DNA of 64,000 nt from Gekko japonicus (lineage: Eukaryota): positions 506,274-570,273 of the forward strand of contig NW_015162514.1 in assembly GCF_001447785.1 (NCBI RefSeq), in the 5' to 3' direction. The translations under genes were made by a program, and so were the position numbers. The stretch's first letter is position 1. Each line of letters opens with the position of its first letter. The notes under the pieces were generated by a model. That model had not been told where the DNA came from and did not search any database. It was given only the letters and a program-made list of their open reading frames with translations. Below, piece after piece: positions 11,496 to 23,300 of the stretch.

Positions 11496-12289
11496 CGTAA
11501 CAGACGGGACCTCAGGCAGGGGACATGTCCGTACATGCCAGACTGTCCGTAACCAGATAGCTCAGTGTCTTGCATTTTGTCCTCCTGTTCTCTTGAGGTT
11601 ATGTATTGGGACTGAACCATTCCAGGTATGTCACACCAGAGACTGGCTGAGCTTAGAGCACTAGAACAATAGCCTGTCAGGATTCTGAAAGTAACCAATC
11701 TAGTAGTAATGTTATGTAAATAGCCTATTCACTGGGAGTGGGGTGTGTTTGGGTGTGGCAATTGCCTGCTATTTAACAGAGCTGCGGCTCTGGGGTCTCG
11801 TCTGGCTCTTGCTGGAATCACAAATAAAGTTGAGCTCAGAGCTATTTTTGGGCAGGAACACACAGGAACGGAGTTCCGGCTGGCTCCCAAGTTGGCCACG
11901 CCCAGCAGGAACTCATTAGCATAATAGGCCACACCCAACAGCAGGAACACATTAGGATTGGCTACATTAGGGGTGTGTGGGCTAACATGCAAAGGAGTCC
12001 CTGCTACAAAAAAAAGGCCCTGGGTTTTGACAACAAACAAGGTAAACAGAATAAGAAGCAAAAGGTGGATGTGGCTGGATAGCCACACTTCTGGTAACAT
12101 GGGGGTGTAGCCTAATATGTTAATGTGCTGTGCTGCCAGGGGTGTGGCCTAATATGCTAATGATTTTCTGGTGTTGGGTGTGGCCTATTATGCTAATGAG
12201 TTCCTGCTGGGCTTTTTCTACAAAAAGAGCCCTGGTTGAGCTGATCGCTAGACTCGAGCCTCCTCATCCATGGAACCCACGATTTAACA
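11496..12289 (+). mobile_element. Solo LTR interrupted by MITE family B (11837-12234)
   Basis: CGTAAC (for TGTAAC)...TTAACA ends; CCAAT 11695, TATTTAA 11770, AATAAA 11823; flanks ATCA/ATTG fit CpG decay of an ATCG TSD; MITE TSD GTTGAGCT is perfect. Confidence 0.7.
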
Positions 12290-12685
12290 ATTGAAGTTGG
12301 CGTCTCCGGTCCTATGAGACCCATCCAGATTGTAATGCTGAAGAGCTGGCTGACGGACCAGGTCGGGGTTCCGGTTGCCAGCTGATTGAGGAAAAGCCGC
12401 CTAAATTGCTCCTGTGTCTTTTGTACGGGCTTGATGGGCAGGAATCGGCAGGTGTCGATCAACCGCTCGTTGCTGGAAGGAAACCTGCTGTTAAGGAGGC
12501 ACGAGAGAGGTTCCAAAGTTAGCAGCCCCGATCAAGATTTGGCTAAAGGTGGTTTTGTGGCGGAATTTTCCCTTGGTGGTGTCAAATTAGGGCGACCCTG
12601 AAAAGTTTTCAAGGCAAGAGAGGAAGGGGGGGGGGACAGTGGGAGGGCTTCTGAGGGTAAGCAGAAACTTGGTTCAGATGACAGA

Positions 12686-13386
12686 GTCACAGTACAAGAA
12701 CTCGTGGGCACTCAATGAAATTGCTGAGCAGTTGGGTTAGAACAGATAAAAGGAAGTCCTTCGTCACCCAAAGAGTGATTAACACCTGGAATTCACTGCC
12801 ACAGGAGGTGGTGGCGGCTACAAGCATGGACGGCTTCAAGAGGAAATTGGATAAACATCTGGAGCAGAGGTCCATCAGTGGCTATTAGCCACAAGGTATA
12901 GATAGGAACTCTCGGTCTGGGGCAAGGGATGCTCTGTATTCTTGGGGTGCTTGGGGGGGCAATCTAGTGTTCTGGCCCCTCTGGTGGACCTCCCCGATGG
13001 CACCTGGTATTTTTGGCCACTGTATGACAGAGTGAAGAAGAGAAGAAGAAGAGATTGGATTTATACCCCGCCCTTCACTACCCAAAGGAGTCTCAGAGCG
13101 GCTTACAAACTCCTTTCCCTTCCCCTCCCCACAACAGACACCCTGTGAGGTGGGTGGGGCTGAGAGAGCTCTTGACAGAAACTGCTCTTTTTCAAGGACA
13201 GCTGTGCCAGAGCTTGTGACTGACCCAAGGTCACATCAGCAGGTGCAAGTGGAGGAGTGGGGAATCAAACCCGGTTCTCCCAGATTAGAGTCCGTACACT
13301 TAACCACTGCACCAAACTGGCTCTCAGTTGTTGGACTAGATGGGCCATTGGCCTGATCCAACATTGGCTTCTCTAATGTTCTTATT
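12686..13386 (+). mobile_element. CR1 3' end split by a tRNA-derived SINE (13033-13325 -)
   Basis: RTRGHSMKL...TQRVINTWNSLPQEVVAATSMDGFKRKLDKHL, CR1 ORF2 C-terminus. Confidence 0.85.
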
Positions 13387-14192
13387 CCCTGTCTCTGCAT
13401 AGCGACCCTGAATTTCTGTGCTGGTCTCCCATCCGAGTGCTAACCAGGGCCGACCCTGCTTAGCAGCCAAGATCAGATGAGATCAGGCTAGCCTGAGCCA
13501 TGCAGGTCACAGCTCTAATGCAACTCTGTTCACGTACATAGAAATGAATATCAATATGGAGGGGTTGCTTTGCTTCTTGGTTTGTTTTAGATATTTAGAT
13601 CCACGAGCGAAAAGCCTCGTTCCTGGGAGCGGCAGACAAAGATCCAGGCAATTAAAATCACATTAAGTGCTGGCATTTGGAAGAAAAAAATTAAAAATTA
13701 AACATAGAGAACAACAGAGAAGATGAAAAGACTCGTCGCCGCGAGAGGAGAATTAAAAACCAGCGAGCGACTGAAACCTCCGAGGCCATCAGCAAAATGT
13801 AAAAGCAGTATAATTGAAATACCGATTCAAAACAGCACCATTAGAGCAGGCGATGCGATTGCTTCCCGGCACTTGAGAGGGAGGGGGAAAGGATTTCACC
13901 TAAAAGCCGTAGGGTGTGCTTAGGGATGCTAACCTCCAGGTGGCACCTGGAGATCTCCCGCTATTACAATTAATCTCCAGGCCACAGAGATCAGTTCCCC
14001 TGGGGAAAGTGGCTGCCTCGGAGGGTGGACTCTGTGGCATTCTATCCTGCTGAGGCCCCTCCCCTCTCCAAACCCCACCCTTCCCAGGCTCCGCCCCCAA
14101 AATCTCCATGTATTTCCCAACCCAGAGCTGGAGACCTCAGCAGGCTGTAATGACACAGAGTCCAATCTCCAAAGCAGCCCTTTTCTCCAGAG

Positions 14193-14610
14193 CAGGGGTC
14201 ATTTTGTAGAAAAAGAGGTGCAGGAGCTCATTAGCATAACTCATTAGCATAACTTATTTGCATGTGCCATACCCCCTGACCTCACCGGAAGTGTGTCAGA
14301 AGGCAACACCCACCGCTCAGGCTCCACTGGGCTGTTTTGGATTGCTAGCTATTGGCGGCGGGGGGGGACAGGCAGATCTGTCCTCGCAGAGGAGGGAGAG
14401 CTTGTACCTGAATAAAACTTGGTCTTAAAGGTGCCACTGGACTGTTTTGGACCAGGGGGACGGGGGGAGCTCTGCAACTTGCCTGGCTGCTTCTTGCTCT
14501 GACTGAGGGCTGCTGGGAGCAAGGGGTGGGGCTTGTTGCATGTGCCCGCCCCCTGGGCTCTTTACTGCCGGAGCTCCGCTCCTGTGCGCTCCTGCAGGAA
14601 ATGACCCCTG
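14193..14610 (+). mobile_element. Complete hAT MITE family A (also 9167, 23128; variant subfamily at 19427, 20490 -, 22370)
   Basis: CAGGGGTCATTT / AAATGACCCCTG termini; perfect TSD CTCCAGAG; the 22370-22710 copy has TSD GCTTAGAT. Confidence 0.9.
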
Positions 14611-15228
14611 CTCCAGAGTATCTCTGTAGTCTGGAGACCAGTTGTAATTCCAGGGGATCTCTAGGCCCCACCTAGAGGTCAGTAACCCTATCAGGGCTGT
14701 ATTGGGCTATTTGGTTAATCTGTGCAGTTTTGCCCAGTCCTAGAAGAGTGATACTGAGTGCAGTAAATAAATCTCCCAAGAAATATATTGCAAAAAAAAA
14801 AAAAAGAAAATTTATATTTACTCAAGTCGATCCCATTCGCATTCAGGTTGCAGTCCAAAAAAGACAGAGAGAAGCCTGATCTACAGAGGGCTTTCCCTGT
14901 CACAAATGGCCAGCTTGTCCGGCATCATGTGGGTGGGAGGATGAGGGCAGCGTCTCTACAGGAGAGGCCTGCAGAGACATGTGCCTCCATGGAAGGCCAT
15001 GTACGGAGAGGGGGAGGACAAAGGGAGAAGAGGGGTCAGAGGGCAGCTCCCAGGTTCAGACAAAGAGAGGCACCACACTCAAAGATATAATACCTATACC
15101 CACTTAGAGTGATGTAGCGCCCCCCGATGTCCAGGCATGGTGAGTTGCTCACTCCAACAGGCTGGAGTCAGGGGTTGGCATATTTGGGCAGGTCCCAGGG
15201 CCAACCCCCGACCATCATTATTATTATT

Positions 15229-15930
15229 TTTGTTGTTGTTGTTCAGTCGCACAGTCGAGTCCGACTCTTCGCGACCCCATGGACCAGCTCACGCCAGGCC
15301 TTCCTGTCTTCCGCTGTCCTCTGAAGTTGGCTCAATTTCATGTTCGTTGCGACGATGACACTGTCCAACCATCTCATCCTTTGCCGTCCCCGTCTTCTTT
15401 GACCTTCAATCTTTCCCAGCATCAGGGTCTTCTCCAGTGAGTGCTCCCTTCTCATTTGGTGGCCAAAGTATTTGAGCTTCAGTTTCATTATCTGGCCTTC
15501 CAGGGAACAATCAGGGTTGATTTCTTTTAGGATTGACTGATTTGATCTCCTTGCAGTCCAAGGGACTCTCAAGAGTCTTCTCCAGCACCATAGTTCAAAA
15601 GAATCTATTCTTCGGCGCTCGGCCTTCCTTATAGTCCAACTCTCGCAGCCATACATGACTACTGGGAATACCATTGCTTTGACCATGCGGACTTTTGTTG
15701 GCAGGGTGATGTCTCTGCTTTTTATCATGCTGTTTAGGTTCGCCATCGCTTTCCTCCCAAGGAGCAGGCGTCTTTTAATTTCATGGCTGCTGTCACAGTC
15801 TACGGTGATCTGGGATCCCAGGAACGTGAAGTCTGTCACCACTTCCACGACTTCCCCTTCTATTTGCCAAGGAGTGATGGGGCCGGATGCCATGATCTTA
15901 GTTTTTTTGATGTTGAGCTTCAAGCCCACT
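15229..15930 (-). mobile_element. RTE-BovB LINE, 5'-truncated
   Basis: Open frame VGLKLNIKKTKIMASGPIT...MYGCESWT...HGVAKSRTRLCD*; (CAA)n tail. Confidence 0.97.
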
Positions 15931-17504
15931 TCAGGGTTTTTAATCATTGCTTGGGTTTGATGCATTTGTCAAACGACAGCTGCAATACCAAGCAGTGTTC
16001 CCTCTAAGCTGAGTCAGTGTGAGCCAGCTCACAGTTTTTTAGCCCCTGGCTCACACATTTTTGTCTTCGCTCAGGAAGGATAGGGCTCCAGACCAAACTA
16101 ATTTATGCGGTAGCCAAATCGCTTGCTTACAACTTTAATGCCAGTCGCTCACGAAGTAGGGTTTTTGCTCACAGGACTCCACAGCTTAGACGGGAGCATG
16201 GATTCCAAGTCATCTTCTCCTAAACAGGCTGTTTACAGAAGGGAATCAGGAAACAAGCAATGCATTGGTACATTATGTCCAGGCACATGGGTTCGTATAT
16301 GCATGCTAAATAAATAAATCAGCCCATCGAATAGCTCAACCTCAAGGCACCTGATGAAAGAAGCGTTACTGTACTTCTACGTACATCAACAAACCTTTCT
16401 AAAAAGCCTCCTTGAAAGACAAAATTAAGACTGGGAGCCAATTTTTACGTCAAGGACAGGTCCCTGAAACCAGACAGCCACAGCTAGAGTTGCCAAGTCT
16501 GCCCCCCCGCCGCCCTGGCCACCAACAGGGAATGGGGGAGGGTTGAGTTGCCAGATCCAGGTTGGGAAACTCCTGGAGATTTGGGGATGGAACCTGGGGA
16601 GGACAGGGACCTCAGTGGGGTACAATGCCATAGAGTCCACCCTCCGAAGCATCCATTTTATCCAGGGGAACTGATCTTTGTCATCGGATGATCTCTAGTT
16701 CTGGGGGATCCCCAGGTCCCACCTGGAGACTGACATCTATAGCCACAGCAGCAAAACAGAACCTCCATGTTCAGAGGCAGTCTATCTCAGAATCCCATGT
16801 CCTGGAGACAAACATCAGCAAAATGGTCTTGTGTGGGCTGTCTTAATTAAATCGCTTTCATTCCCAAGACTGAAAAGTGTTTCCCTTCCGGCTAAATCGC
16901 ACCCCAGGCAGAAACGTTGCCTAGATCTCGGCATCTAGAGGCCATTGGTGGAATGCAGACTGGCAAGGACTTCCGTGTGTGCAGGGAAGGGGGGGGGGAA
17001 CACAGACAGGCCCAGATCCTATTAACCATTAGCGGCCAAGAACTCCTCCCTCCTTGGAGAAGCCTTTTAGTCATTAAGTAAACAGCTCTTTGCACAGCCG
17101 AGTTGAACGCACTGAAAGAGAAGAGATTGCTTGCTTTCCATCTGAACATTCCTGGACCTTTAGTGACGGTCAAACTGGGACTGCTGGCTGAACTCCTCTT
17201 TAGAAGAGTTGGTCGCTTTTCACCACCCGGAGGTACGGAAATATCTTTTCTGTACTCACTGAAGCTTTCTGTTTGCTAACAACTTTGCCTTGCTACTCCA
17301 CAGAGACGCATGTGGTCCACACGGAGAGCGTTATGAGTGACCGGCGAAAGGACCTGGAGGGTAGAGGAGACACGGGGGTCCCTGAACTGAGTCCTGTTTG
17401 GGAGTCAGCTCTCATTTGCAAAGTGCATTTGGGGAACCGACAGCACCGTTCAGCCGCTACCTTCCATTAACTTCAGAAAAGCTCAAATCGCCAGAGGGAC
17501 AGAC

Positions 17505-17511
17505 ATGACCG
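17505..17511 (+). CDS. ANKRD65: Candidate coding mini-exon of ANKRD65 (ATG ACC G)
   Basis: gacATGACCG|GTAAGA: purine at -3 and a strong donor. Phase 1 joins in frame at an acceptor at 18568/18569, giving MTGTRVEAELQRKWMVL. Inference only. Confidence 0.45.
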
Positions 17512-17897
17512 GTAAGAATCGCTTGTTGAGTTGAGCAGAGCCGCCCACGTGCCCCGGGGATCTGCCGATGACAAGGAGACAGGTCCCCGCCTGCAAGGAG
17601 CTTCCAATTTAAAATCCCCATCTAATTTGTTTTTTCCAACATACATTTCCATTTAAAATTGAAAGCAAGAGACTGAGCCAAGAGAGGCAAGCAGAAATTC
17701 CGCGTTCATCCCCCCTTATGCTTGCTTTGACTTCAGTGTAGTGAGAGGGAGGCCAAAGGGGTCCTGCCGAAGGCTTTACAGAGAAGGAGGTATTTCGAGG
17801 AAGGATTTGAAGGAAGTGAAAAGGGTGGTGGAAATGCAGGTGTTCCGGTAGGTGGTTCCAGCCATGAGAAAACGGTTTCCTCCTGTAGAATCTAAAG

Positions 17898-18275
17898 CAG
17901 GGGTGTCTAACTCATTTCGTATGAGGGCCAGATCTAACATAAATGAGACCTTGTTGGGCCGGGCCATGTGTGTCATAAAATGTAATCCCAGGTAGCGGAT
18001 ATTTTTTTTACTTAAAATAAAAACATGCTTAAAACATTAGCTCTGTAAGCTGCAAACCTACTTTTGATTTATTGACATTCACCACAGAGATCTCAGGCTC
18101 AGAGTTCTGAGTCGAGACATGAAATGGCTGAGTGACTAAGAGAGTCTGGCAAAGCAAGCCATGATGCAGCAGCAGCAGCAGAACTGGAAGCAGGAGATGG
18201 CCAGTTCCACTGCGGGCCTGATGGAAGCCCTCCGGGGGCCTGATCCGGCCCCTGGGCCGCACGTTTGACACCCCG
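17898..18275 (+). mobile_element. hAT-Charlie-like MITE (related copy 24920-25835)
   Basis: CAGGGGTGTC / GACACCCCG termini; perfect 8-bp TSD ATCTAAAG. Confidence 0.85.
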
Positions 18276-18603
18276 ATCTAAAGAGTTGTTATCGAGAGAT
18301 CAAGCTATTGGATTCGTGAGTCCCAAAGGATGTCTGGAAAGTCCCATGATGCTAGGGTTGCCAGCTATAGGTTGAGAAATTCCTGAATATTTGGGGGGTG
18401 GAGCCTTGGGAGGGCGGGGTTTAGTAAGGGTAGGGGCCTCCACAGGTAGCCATTTTCTCCAGGGGAACTGATCCCTAATCTCTGCCTCTCGTTGAGCCCA
18501 TACAACCAGCTTTGCTCCTGGTCCTCAGGAAGGGGGTTAAAGGCCTTCTTGTCCTTTCTTCTCTGGAGGTACGAGAGTCGAGGCTGAGCTCCAGAGGAAG
18601 TGG

Positions 18604-18794
18604 ATGGTGCTGGGCGAGGAGAGGATGCTAGACGGACGTCCGGCCATGAATGCCTGCAGAGTTAACCCCAAGGAGAAGACTTTGGTTCTCGTCCCTGCAC
18701 AGGAGAGTTGGGAGGAGCTCCATCACGCAACTGAGAACGGCAACGTCCGCCTGGTGAAGCAGCTCTTACAACAAGGCGCCGGGACCGAGTGCAG
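18604..18794 (+). CDS. ANKRD65: ANKRD65 coding exon A (may start at 18569)
   Basis: MVLGEER...WEELHHATENGNVRLVKQLLQQGAGTEC, first ankyrin repeat; donor AG|GTGCGG, phase 2 matches next exon. Confidence 0.85.
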
Positions 18795-19803
18795 GTGCGG
18801 AGGAGGCAGGCAGGTGTGGTTGTACCATCTCGGCTCGCAAGAAGCCAGGGCAGGGCTGGGATTGGTGTCGTGTTGCCAGCTAGGGTTCTCAACTCCAAGT
18901 TGGAAAAGTCCTGGAGATTTTCAGGGTGGAGACTGGGGAGGGCAGGGTTTGGGTAGGGGAGGGACCTCAGCAAGGTATAACGCCCTGGAGGGCCGGTTTG
19001 GTGTCGTGGTTAAGAGCGTGGACTCTAATGTGGGAGAACCGGGTTTGATTCCCCACTCCTCCACATGCAGCTGCTGGTGTGACCTTGGGCCAGTCCTAAG
19101 TTCTCTCAGAGCTGTTCTCCCAAGGGCAGTTACTGAGAGAGCTCTCTCAAACCCACCTACCTCACGGGCAATGCTCCCTCTAAGCTGTGGAGTCTTGTAA
19201 ACAAAAATTCTACTTTGCGAGCGACTGGCATTAAAGTTGTGTGTGAACAATCTGGCTATTGCATAAATTAGTTTGCTCTGGAGCCCATCCTTCCTGCGCT
19301 GAGACAAGAAGGCGTGAGCTGGAGGCTAAAAAACTGTGAGCTAGCTCACACTAACTCAGCTTAGAGAGAACCGGGCTCACGGGGTGTCTGTTGTGAGGAG
19401 GGGAAGGGGAAGGAGATGGTAAGCCGCAGGGGTCATTTCGTAGAAAAAGAGCTAGGGGAACTCATTAGCATAACTCATTAGCATATGCCACACCCCCTGA
19501 CATCAGGGGCCCGGCGGTGGACCTGCAAGGCCAGTGGGAGTGCGAGGAAGCCCTGCCAAGGCCCTCCCTGGCCCCAGGCAGGCAGGGGTGGGGAGAGGCG
19601 GGGAGGAAGCAACTTACCCTCCCTCTTCTCCTGCCTCCTCCTGGCTGAATGAGGGCTGGAAGCGAGGCGGGCGGAAGCAGGGGGCGGGGCTTCATCATGT
19701 GCCCCGCCCCCCCTGTGAGCTTCAGAGGGAATACCGTGGAATCGGCACACTTTTAGCCTCGTGTGGAAACACCTTTGAGTCCTGTTTTCCCAACCCTTTC
19801 CAG

Positions 19804-20353
19804 AGACGAGAACGGGTGGACTCCGTTGCACTTGGCTTCCTTGAACGGCTATGCCGCTCTGGTCAGATTCCTCGTCCAGCGTGGCGCCGTGGTCCATGCC
19901 CACAACAGGGCCTCCTACACGCCGCTGCACCATGCCGCTTGGAGCGGCCACACCCAAGTGGCGGAGTTCCTCCTCGCTCGGGGCACGCCAGTGTCTGCGG
20001 CGACAGAAGGATACCTGACCCCGCTGCACTGCGCGGCTGCCAACGGACACCTCCTGATGGTCCAGTTGCTCCTGCGGCAAGGGGCGGATCCTGCTGCCGC
20101 GGACGCCAACCGGTGGGCGGCCTTACACTGGGCAGCCGCCAACAACCAGCTGCACATCATGGACTTTCTGATGTCCCAGGGCATAGGTCCGGATCTCGGT
20201 AGCAAGGAGGGAGTCACGCCGTTACATGTGACAGCCGAGGCAGGACAGATCGAGGCTCTGCACCGCTTGCTTGCGAAGGGGGCCAAGGTGGACGTTCAGG
20301 ATTCTTTGGGAAGGACGCCGCTTTCTATTGCTTCTAGCAACGGCCATGCGGAG
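19804..20353 (+). CDS. ANKRD65: ANKRD65 coding exon B, 550 nt, tandem ankyrin repeats
   Basis: ttccag|A GAC GAG; DENGWTPLHLASLNG...TPLHHAAWSGH...GRTPLSIASSNGHAE; donor GAG|GTAAGG. Confidence 0.95.
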
Positions 20354-23300
20354 GTAAGGCTGCAAACTCCCCTAAATAATCTGTGTATTACATTTGCGCC
20401 CTGCCCCAGATGGCCCAGGTTAGCTTGGTCTCATCGTGGTCCTTTTTGCGCTAGACTTTTCATCCTGGTTCAGCGCTGTCTTTTACCCGCAGAGGTCATT
20501 TCAGGGGGGATCGCGGGGGATCACAGCCCCCCCAGGTCAGGTACGGGGGGCGGGGCACATGACGAAGCCCTGCCCCCTGCTTCCGGCCGCCCCGCTTCCG
20601 GCCCTCATTCAGCCAGGAGGAGGCAGGAGAAGAGGGAGGGTAAGTTGCTTCCTCCCTGCCTCTCCCCACCCCTGCCTGGGGCCAGGGAGGGCCTTCGCGG
20701 GGCTTCCTTGCACTCCCGCCGGCCTTGCAGGTCCTCCGCCGGGCCCCTCATGGGGCTCGGTAGTGGAGCTGCAAGGCCGGCGGTGGTGGCCGGGACCGTT
20801 GGGGGTGGGGTGTGTAACATTTCTGTCTTAGTTTAGAAAGGATGGCTCCAGAGCAAACTAATTTATGCAGTAGCCAAATTGCTCGCTCACGACTTTAATG
20901 CCAGCAGCTCACAAAGTAGAATTTGCGTTCACAAGGCTTAGAGGGAGCATTGCTTACATACAAGTAAGCATGTTTAGGATTAGTTTTCAAGATGCTTCTC
21001 TGGTGGCTGCATGGAAGACCTTGTTTGTTTCCTTACAAAATACCATGCAGCTGGGGTATATGGATCCTGTTTTGCTTTCCCTCGATCCAGAGTGACCCTA
21101 GATTTCAGTTTAGAATTTTTCACTCGGGTTCAATCCTCCCTGCCCCTTTCCCACCATACCTAGGACTTTAAACCCAGGTTTACTGTTCGCAATGCAGAAT
21201 TTATAACCCAGGGCAGGCAAATTGGAGCGGGACAAAATTAGGGCCAAAAAGTACAGATAAACAGAGATAACTGCAGGGTAAAATGGTCATGAGTCCAACA
21301 CAGAGAAAACCCGGGGTGAGGTCCAAGTGCGGAACGGGCCCATATCTCGGAAGCAAAGCAGGGTCACCCCTGATTAGTATTTGGAGCAGGGGTCATTTCC
21401 NNNNNNNNNNNNNNNNNNNNNNNNNNNNNNNNNNNNNNNNNNNNNNNNNNNNNNNNNNNNNNNNNNNNNNNNNNNNNNNNNNNNNNNNNNNNNNNNNNNN
21501 NNNNNNNNNNNNNNNNNNNNNNNNNNNNNNNNNNNNNNNNNNNNNNNNNNNNNNNNNNNNNNNNNNNNNNNNNNNNNNNNNNNNNNNNNNNNNNNNNNNN
21601 NNNNNNNNNNNNNNNNNNNNNNNNNNNNNNNNNNNNNNNNNNNNNNNNNNNNNNNNNNNNNNNNNNNNNNNNNNNNNNNNNNNNNNNNNNNNNNNNNNNN
21701 NNNNNNNNNNNNNNNNNNNNNNNNNNNNNNNNNNNNNNNNNNNNNNNNNNNNNNNNNNNNNNNNNNNNNNNNNNNNNNNNNNNNNNNNNNNNNNNNNNNN
21801 NNNNNNNNNNNNNNNNNNNNNNNNNNNNNNNNNNNNNNNNNNNNNNNNNNNNNNNNNNNNNNNNNNNNNNNNNNNNNNNNNNNNNNNNNNNNNNNNNNNN
21901 NNNNNNNNNNNNNNNNNNNNNNNNNNNNNNNNNNNNNNNNNNNNNNNNNNNNNNNNNNNNNNNNNNNNNNNNNNNNNNNNNNNNNNNNNNNNNNNNNNNN
22001 NNNNNNNNNNNNNNNNNNNNNNNNNNNNNNNNNNNNNNNNNNNNNNNNNNNNNNNNNNNNNNNNNNNNNNNNNNNNNNNNNNNNNNNNNNNNNNNNNNNN
22101 NNNNNNNNNNNNNNNNNNNNNNNNNNNNNNNNNNNNNNNNNNNNNNNNNNNNNNNNNNNNNNNNNNNNNNNNNNNNNNNNNNNNNNNNNNNNNNNNNNNN
22201 NNNNNNNNNNNNNNNNNNNNNNNNNNNNNNNNNNNNNNNNNNNNNNNNNNNNNNNNNNNNNNNNNNNNNNNNNNNNNNNNNNNNNNNNNNNNNNNNNNNN
22301 NNNNNNNNNNNNNNNNNNNNNNNNNNNNNNNNNNNNNNNNNNNNNNNNNNNNNNNNCCTGAGCTTAGATCAGGGGTCATTTCGTAGAAAAAGAGCTAGTG
22401 GAACTCATTAGCATAACTCATTAGCATATGCCACACCCCCTGACATCGGGGGCCCGGCGGTGGACCTGCAAGGCCAGCGGGAGTGCGAGGAAGCCCCGCC
22501 AAGGCCCTCTCTGGCCCCAGGCAGGCGGGGGTGGGGAGAGTCGGGGAGGAAGCAACTTACCCTCCCTCTTCTCCTGCCTCCTCCTGGCTGAATGAGGGCT
22601 GGAAGCGGGGCGGCCGGAAGCAGGGGGCGGGGCTTTGTCATGTGCCCCGCCCCCCTGCACCTCACCCGGGAGAACTGTGTTCCCCCGCATTACCCCCGAA
22701 ATGACCTCTGGCTTAGATAAAAATCTGTGAGCTGGAGGCTAAAAAACTGTGAGCTAGCTCACACTAGCTCAGCTTAGAGGGAACACTGGTTGGGAGGCCT
22801 CCAAGGAAGTCCAGGGTTGCTAGGCAGAGGCGGGCCGTTATCGCCAGCCGCCTCTGCACGTCTCTGGCCTTGAAAACCTGACAGGATCGCCATCAGACAG
22901 CTGTGACTTGGAGCCACTTTAGACACATTACACAGGCATCCTGCTTTTCCAAATAAGAACGGATTCTGGCACTCCTTTCTGCTTCAGCCGGGAAGGCAAT
23001 GATGGGGAGGTGACGGGAGAGCTACGCTCGGGCATCCCTGCTGCAAAAAAAAACGTTCAGGTAGTTATTGTTCCTTGACTACCTACAATTTGACTCTGGT
23101 CCAGTCTTGCCGAACGTTCCGTGAAACCAGGGGTCATTTCGTAGAAAAAGAGGCACAGGAGCTCATTAGCACAACTCATTAGCATAACTTGTTTGCATAT
23201 GCCACAGCCCCTGACAGCACCGGAAGTGTGTCAGAAGGCAACACCCACCGCTCAGGCTCCACTGGACTGTTTTGGATTGCCAGCTATTGGGGGTGGGGGG

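Noticed and set aside
12193-12516. Minus-strand ORF with a plausible acceptor
   Set aside because: Runs into the LTR and MITE; flanks resemble a decayed RTE-type LINE on the plus strand.
19478-20286. Long antisense and alternate-frame ORFs over ANKRD65
   Set aside because: Shadows of GC-rich coding sequence.
19169-20952. Composite transposon carrying the ANKRD65 exon
   Set aside because: The left MITE has its own TSD, so the insertions are independent and the exon is in its normal gene context.
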